This document shows, piece by piece, positions 63,301 to 64,000 of a stretch of 64,000 bases of DNA (its first letter is position 1; each line of letters begins with the position of its first letter). Position numbers and translations under genes: made by a program. Under the pieces are notes generated by a model, which did no database searches, was not told where the DNA came from, and was given only the letters and a program-made list of their open reading frames with translations. Origin of the DNA: Endomicrobiales bacterium (GTDB lineage Bacteria; Elusimicrobiota; Endomicrobiia; Endomicrobiales; JALOBY01); the NCBI GenBank assembly GCA_963796955.1, contig CAWCNJ010000005.1, forward strand, positions 32,001 through 96,000. Reading direction: 5' to 3'.

Positions 63301-64000
63301 CGCACCAGCAACTCCAGGCTTTCGGCAGGAACCCGGCATTCCTTCAGCCAGTTGAACACAGGGTGAGCGACACCGCCAAGCAAGTTCTCAGCAACCGCCT
63401 GCGGCCACATACTTTCGACGGGCGACGACATCGTTCGCTCCTGCGACATGGCAATACCGGGGCGGTCATAATAATAACTCCACGCTCTTTCCACGATCTT
63501 GTTATCCATCAGGAAGCTCAGCAACCGAGCGGAAACAAGGCCGGTGTTTCCATGACGACCAGCCTGTTCCAGGCATTTTTGAACGACACCCGCCCTGCCG
63601 GCGTCATCCTCCAAAAGCAGCTTCTCGCCCAATTCAACCATGCCCGACTTGGTTAGTGTTTCCAGCGCCTGAAGGGAGGCGGCAATGTTTGTATCCGAGC
63701 TCTCTGCGTAAGACGAATATTCCAAATCTTTACCCAATGCCAGCTCACGCATTATATCGGCGCTCAATATCTCATTTGCATACCCGGCTTTTTTCAGCAT
63801 GGCTAGATACCATGCCGCATACCTGCGCGCAAAAGCATCTTTGGCGCCCAGCATCGTTTTCATGTCTTCAATAATATGCAACCGGGCGACATCATTTCCA
63901 TCGATCAGCTTCTTTTCAGCCAGCGTCAAGGCAAGCAATGAAGCATCTTCTTTCAGTTTGGGTTCTTTCAGGCATTCTTCCAGCATGGTTACGTATTTTT
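51357..64000 (-). CDS. Giant multidomain protein (at least 4209 aa; 5' end probably outside the window)
   Basis: Uninterrupted 12.6-kb ORF whose frame stays open to the window edge. Contains a GT2 DxD motif, a TM bundle, kinase-like and metallophosphoesterase motifs, and a duplicated module. Confidence 0.92.
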   Translation of the reverse strand, partial: KYVTMLEECLKEPKLKEDASLLALTLAEKKLIDGNDVARLHIIEDMKTMLGAKDAFARRYAAWYLAMLKKAGYANEILSADIMRELALGKDLEYSSYAESSDTNIAASLQALETLTKSGMVELGEKLLLEDDAGRAGVVQKCLEQAGRHGNTGLVSARLLSFLMDNKIVERAWSYYYDRPGIAMSQERTMSSPVESMWPQAVAENLLGGVAHPVFNWLKECRVPAESLELLVRSGVITGAEMAAAKRARQDNESNIPHFPFGQLTTWMTTSSGNDGKQAFFEAMEHLWRAGMLVSPQDADKLFSGLADLPSEMDVATAEKAFAIVRARVFLHGDGAAGECTETVERLINRLAGHDDERIEALRPLLHAMDFLAEHGSANAKEFLARQPTKDMFAARDRDAVDAILANAEMNDEPLARQAAELLVHLHIFDKSNIDDCAKFLQTVGKEKFEPAFAALNAVLATGAISKDNFQALRGLYERIQCGNFEEYYDCKTDAFAALGAFAKAGVLRPDNITVVNELLVPNKNSTVYDPAARYQALKVLADHKVVTPETLYIVSVLFSFLDEKQVAGTAGTGIIALVESGELHAGNIFLFATLCGMATLNRFKTAEMICNVRAAFKTHQCRAMDAPGEFMPTLDVDGWFDMMTGWYFGKPTTAQFQCLKLIYERVRTAKTIESQNALLGFLFNDTARQFVITKAYTVGSTQPFLLAFIDSGLGAGQLAGKIFEQYEAFVKQAGEYSLKDDDSARGILTYFAELGKRLSDESTYNVFVDIPVVVATAGNMKALQEFIGASHGVELEAKLELVRVCGNSGIGPRSFEIVKKQYSSQRRNERLSFLRGAANAIEGMCLTPQDSDTVWELYFKEALPRFGFMTNRTFFEMFLCLRRVMQPNEDLAQEMKALGITEQGEAGIRQLAELVRSINRQLFDKMDIPDNWTYSPLMMGIVGMVTGFNSAPNWGHGSKRGLDIAQFIRNFNARKAAGMVPPLKPEYAENISYTFEVRKAGKATFSNVAADAFDQFKEAILKAEEIVKQEQTPEKVLAKLKAEYAEAALSDTDKQAVANATNLIELAAVLTPSSAVITIMAAQLLSTPEYQEFTTGLLMSVRSGLSVQSVAALIEMRNVMLKDHVLAQTPDEMKRSILKKMWIKTFEEELGRIRTIEGDKLRITARPTKGVIGEMAGDLGDACYTAVSNIMEKKNLTAVALSEGSGEEEQFAGSTLLLENTVGGNPVLILRAIDPSARITEKYSTDDILEGVIGYAEDIARTIEAKTGKKVKVLAPLDMQGALSNRAQITKSAFQAFVLGSALTLDQTETFNGYDITASCYEVRSHRNAAGGFLGVSKKALQVAMQTLKQVGLVPSGEDEAKLAENVLARFGFDPSKPDGIEEFTLDQIAQISPAAKGLLDQFNALRKAKGLPEITTVKFNKHTGEIIATKDGMGLANMDAPGNTGTLTMDAARYSSPEEALARFAHELAEHMALNEPDSIQAKVLEYFVGYHKARGDIFPVTRFEQWHACQKWISGLAHDSPEIQGILVKNRISKQDFDALKEFAQQDAKLIETSLPTIAQSLAEALVRIFPVVNLAQVSTALLDYLTTSLSTTTPPKAPAPKATTESDEIAYTLMQQRMETNDWPVLIDGKIEFVPVRVKLDQDDAMKMEDARKEFRQRRPEFVRVAEEYFAQVRKYQEGEVRAFNKDGAAREISVAMVTLSNRSENLERRLNELEVLAKDHAVELVLVIADRNNFSREREIALTRLCQSVHYPVKIVVSNINNIRVNMNLGTIHSSGKYRVYLDDDVKMVGPAIPRAIKLLKDRPEIGIASLPVFESGEPLRPRSNQLKYPLGNGVYYSSEMDGMLMVVPDEIATAMPFPPDHNNDGNSEWARRIRECGFLFGYLMTPETHLIHEDVSWRSTSSVNLTNFIIASFLRYYRRSEDIDRAGFDMQIVNSVHKRVNGDVSALAVLEFFRLTRDDINDLLEKPGLNEQDYIRKFDGYLHENAFYRANRDNVISALARLYENRDTHSQYKKTIKAYGLAKVNSFLSPLRYEYSENATPQPEPAPSSTAVRVKESLIYTALIGLFAVFAHFVLGVHGASIFGHYKLSVLPQLMTQGFLSSIVATYISQRIDKNILHKTAKNDIWRILRYALTAALFFAPVYGLFVYGWVINFIHGKISQTLVNQIILSPLLFNPVNQFAGYYFKEGLSYSKSVDRLRKNSADYTFLSFFAWSVIIFVSLLQPDTVKRNLVSTVGGMIWGMFTPLIFQESNLNVLAMLKSKLPKFAFKALNWSLPGKLSKNSAGIVVVSSLYWMCGATVLFIAFVAVPSMPFIIAGAVLFAILWWPALKVFQIKGRSQNNESAVSSREPQRTWAVPDSMNETSVAPHADIKSGFLGFSRAALTGAIRTLKQIGMVPSCEDETKLAENVLARFGFDPSKPDGIEEFTLDQIAQISPAARGLLDQFNALRTAKALPEIKTVKFNRHTGAVIATDDGIGLANMPSFAKAQADKDVLLVDLAAYKNTNEAIARFSHELAEHMALNEPNSIQAKVLKYFLANYKPRGDLSPFEQWHACEQWLATETALSPEFVNIQEFAKQDSEVINSSISIISQNLVHAIARLFPFLDFAGFSQELSSYLIRSLYSYKFDGQNLVLNGKPLTKLGAGKLSAVYRDGSIAIRVMPHSSEQGAQKEKDAYVELFDAGIPVPRAFRAGSTSGSKCGYLEVEYIDGIDIEKAAQTGQMSNEEWELVFNAFDLLINKGYAFPMYDRNMGEFIPDFNAGNVMVETRGKTGRRALFNDALYIDKYSEPAKLMLFCYTLKYTRLGWDKADPEKLLGKYLLRAAYERREINKEEAEYYATTSFGSTLDAILHEPEIAAQARAAGGIVQPQDLRQPDRESLKDIDTQLGAVVALAAQVNSLDSFAVDYVRTSFTGIMGKLGFRKDISFLYNVFLSDGQMDTYGTLLAVDWKESPLIVNSLRNRSQILKMLETLSPAQTAVLIRRSRVFKAIVKKFSAEEFNGVSKKVADALMILFANAKGAQAGDFEWISANPPVWTATLLRDLKASHLEYCKANGKGVDSNEYYFTPWIELIENSLYDRSDAFRSGGSLHADAARMFQEIDLSKHNMNRAVREVFGLIAGKGNPNNSGFPRPLTTDATVTNYIAKHPVMRFIYNHNILWLGRGFVVAWVSIERGPLGAARAELVQISCAIGLKIGGNTKIYDSFIDAHKPQGMRYAQWLASPDRRARVSALANIEAVVRDLIPPGTEWTGLLDNTALSNAIAEAIVNVHWHYNLGVLIKTTVVNIGRVLTFKKPIRYSLLTTDGSASSVDLGLLLEEIRSNGNYHEDRLANELRFEEEIKKTLLGKEEAIAQLEEYNKVLKERQGKYQRGALVDLSKLPEGKEVIIVGDLHANLSNLQKILNTNDNFGKIQRGEAVIVILGDAVHREDLYGIEEMGSSIGTMQFIMQLTIQNPDGVYYVAGNHDLDIRMGPRRTTNFKMVNQFAEYENALIRQYGRDYLKLYNSALGLSPLAVLGKDFVAAHGGPVKGDADAQAIEKANPLDCANRLVEDLIWGREETDNPINEFTKRDVLDFLSRMGVPGGTLVVGHSRLGGRKGWVWKSFDGRLVTTLSEKETAGYVSFKSGNPNPDLIDVSKASNKLNFEQLKIPMPPASFIPKLAAEASLDWHVVKAAELELAVKDFGAASIDAAGRVRTEIYCMDKRPDGWEDHDWQDLGINVNGKPIWACSKEGALTVFSEGSDAHVVAQTINGAITDEPGMKGDAWAEEKLSDLLMATNSDLRSRGFVPGFIIDHSASEKSIQNMSDGSVAVSSDFFDVPGLSRREAIPVKLAELEVIRKAESEALPQNIFIRLDGQANITDFMANLEAFNKAGNGQMIVEPAVFGGISDERIEALVELARKRGVRICVDLTADIGTTDRYRALGFYGYISGRGDQQKLIRYIDQAAMRAEDITGYDGAPALRSKLGSSKSPCKILKLSELKGLLKGGDRPITDRTALAEILKTAVLSLYSANTLSENYVKNVAYSWDRDVLPAMPADTVQFAKDAKTGNVAAIKTAMGIHESGAVKTYLEKIQKEDPAQYPVLEKAFLIALAEKMFAKSRLGNGEHDCLVDGDLEVILGKDLIEQQAGALEAKGTAIPPDLAARKELTNTAEFYRKLRENVFSLHDSTKPQDINTVIALIVAYAERKLPKNIRIDQTIFDSEAVAEVLRAG
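56120..56862 (-). repeat. Internal repeat module, copy 2, of the giant protein
   Basis: GFLG...KLAENVLARFGFDPSKPDGIEEFTLDQIAQISPAA...HELAEHMALNEP...FEQWHAC. Confidence 0.9.
59220..60002 (-). repeat. Internal repeat module, copy 1, of the giant protein
   Basis: Same motifs as copy 2; 59807-59912 is identical to 56666-56771. Confidence 0.9.

Noticed and set aside
51544..63874. Numerous plus-strand ORFs opposite the giant gene and other long genes
   Set aside because: Antisense shadows with no recognisable motifs.

Overview
Bacterial chromosomal window, almost all coding on the minus strand. It most likely comes from a free-living Elusimicrobiota (Endomicrobiia-like) organism; this is inferred from the 16S/RpoC character and a giant gene, not from a database search. 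1-14.6 kb holds rplJ-rplL-rpoB-rpoC-rpsL-rpsG-fusA-tuf-rpsJ-rplC, and many of these essential genes are broken by indels that look like sequencing errors. 14.6-21.3 kb holds an outer-membrane barrel gene wedged between the L10 leader and a complete rrn operon (16S, tRNA-Ile, tRNA-Ala, 23S, 5S) with tandem promoters. 21.3-26.1 kb is an AT-rich accessory islet: a RelE/HigB-XRE toxin-antitoxin pair, a GIY-YIG protein, an 86-bp MITE, a MORN/TPR lipoprotein split by an IS3-like element with atypical ends, and an ORF6N remnant. 26-41 kb holds a DUF4266-DUF3570-ApbE-TlpA flavinylation cluster behind a Cache-PAS sensor with no output domain, type III glutamine synthetase with an ANTAR-like attenuator, a TonB-dependent receptor, an LpoB/COG3014/LPP20 lipoprotein cluster and a U32 peptidase. 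41-51 kb holds an AT-rich type IIG-like restriction-modification gene behind a C-terminally extended TyrS, a cheW-SBP-SBP-MCP module and rmuC. 51.4-64 kb is a giant ORF of at least 4,209 aa, open at the window edge. It contains a duplicated HExxEH module (106 bp identical between copies, one copy carrying an in-frame palindromic element) interleaved with GT2, membrane, kinase-like and metallophosphoesterase domains, and is the most interesting object in the window.
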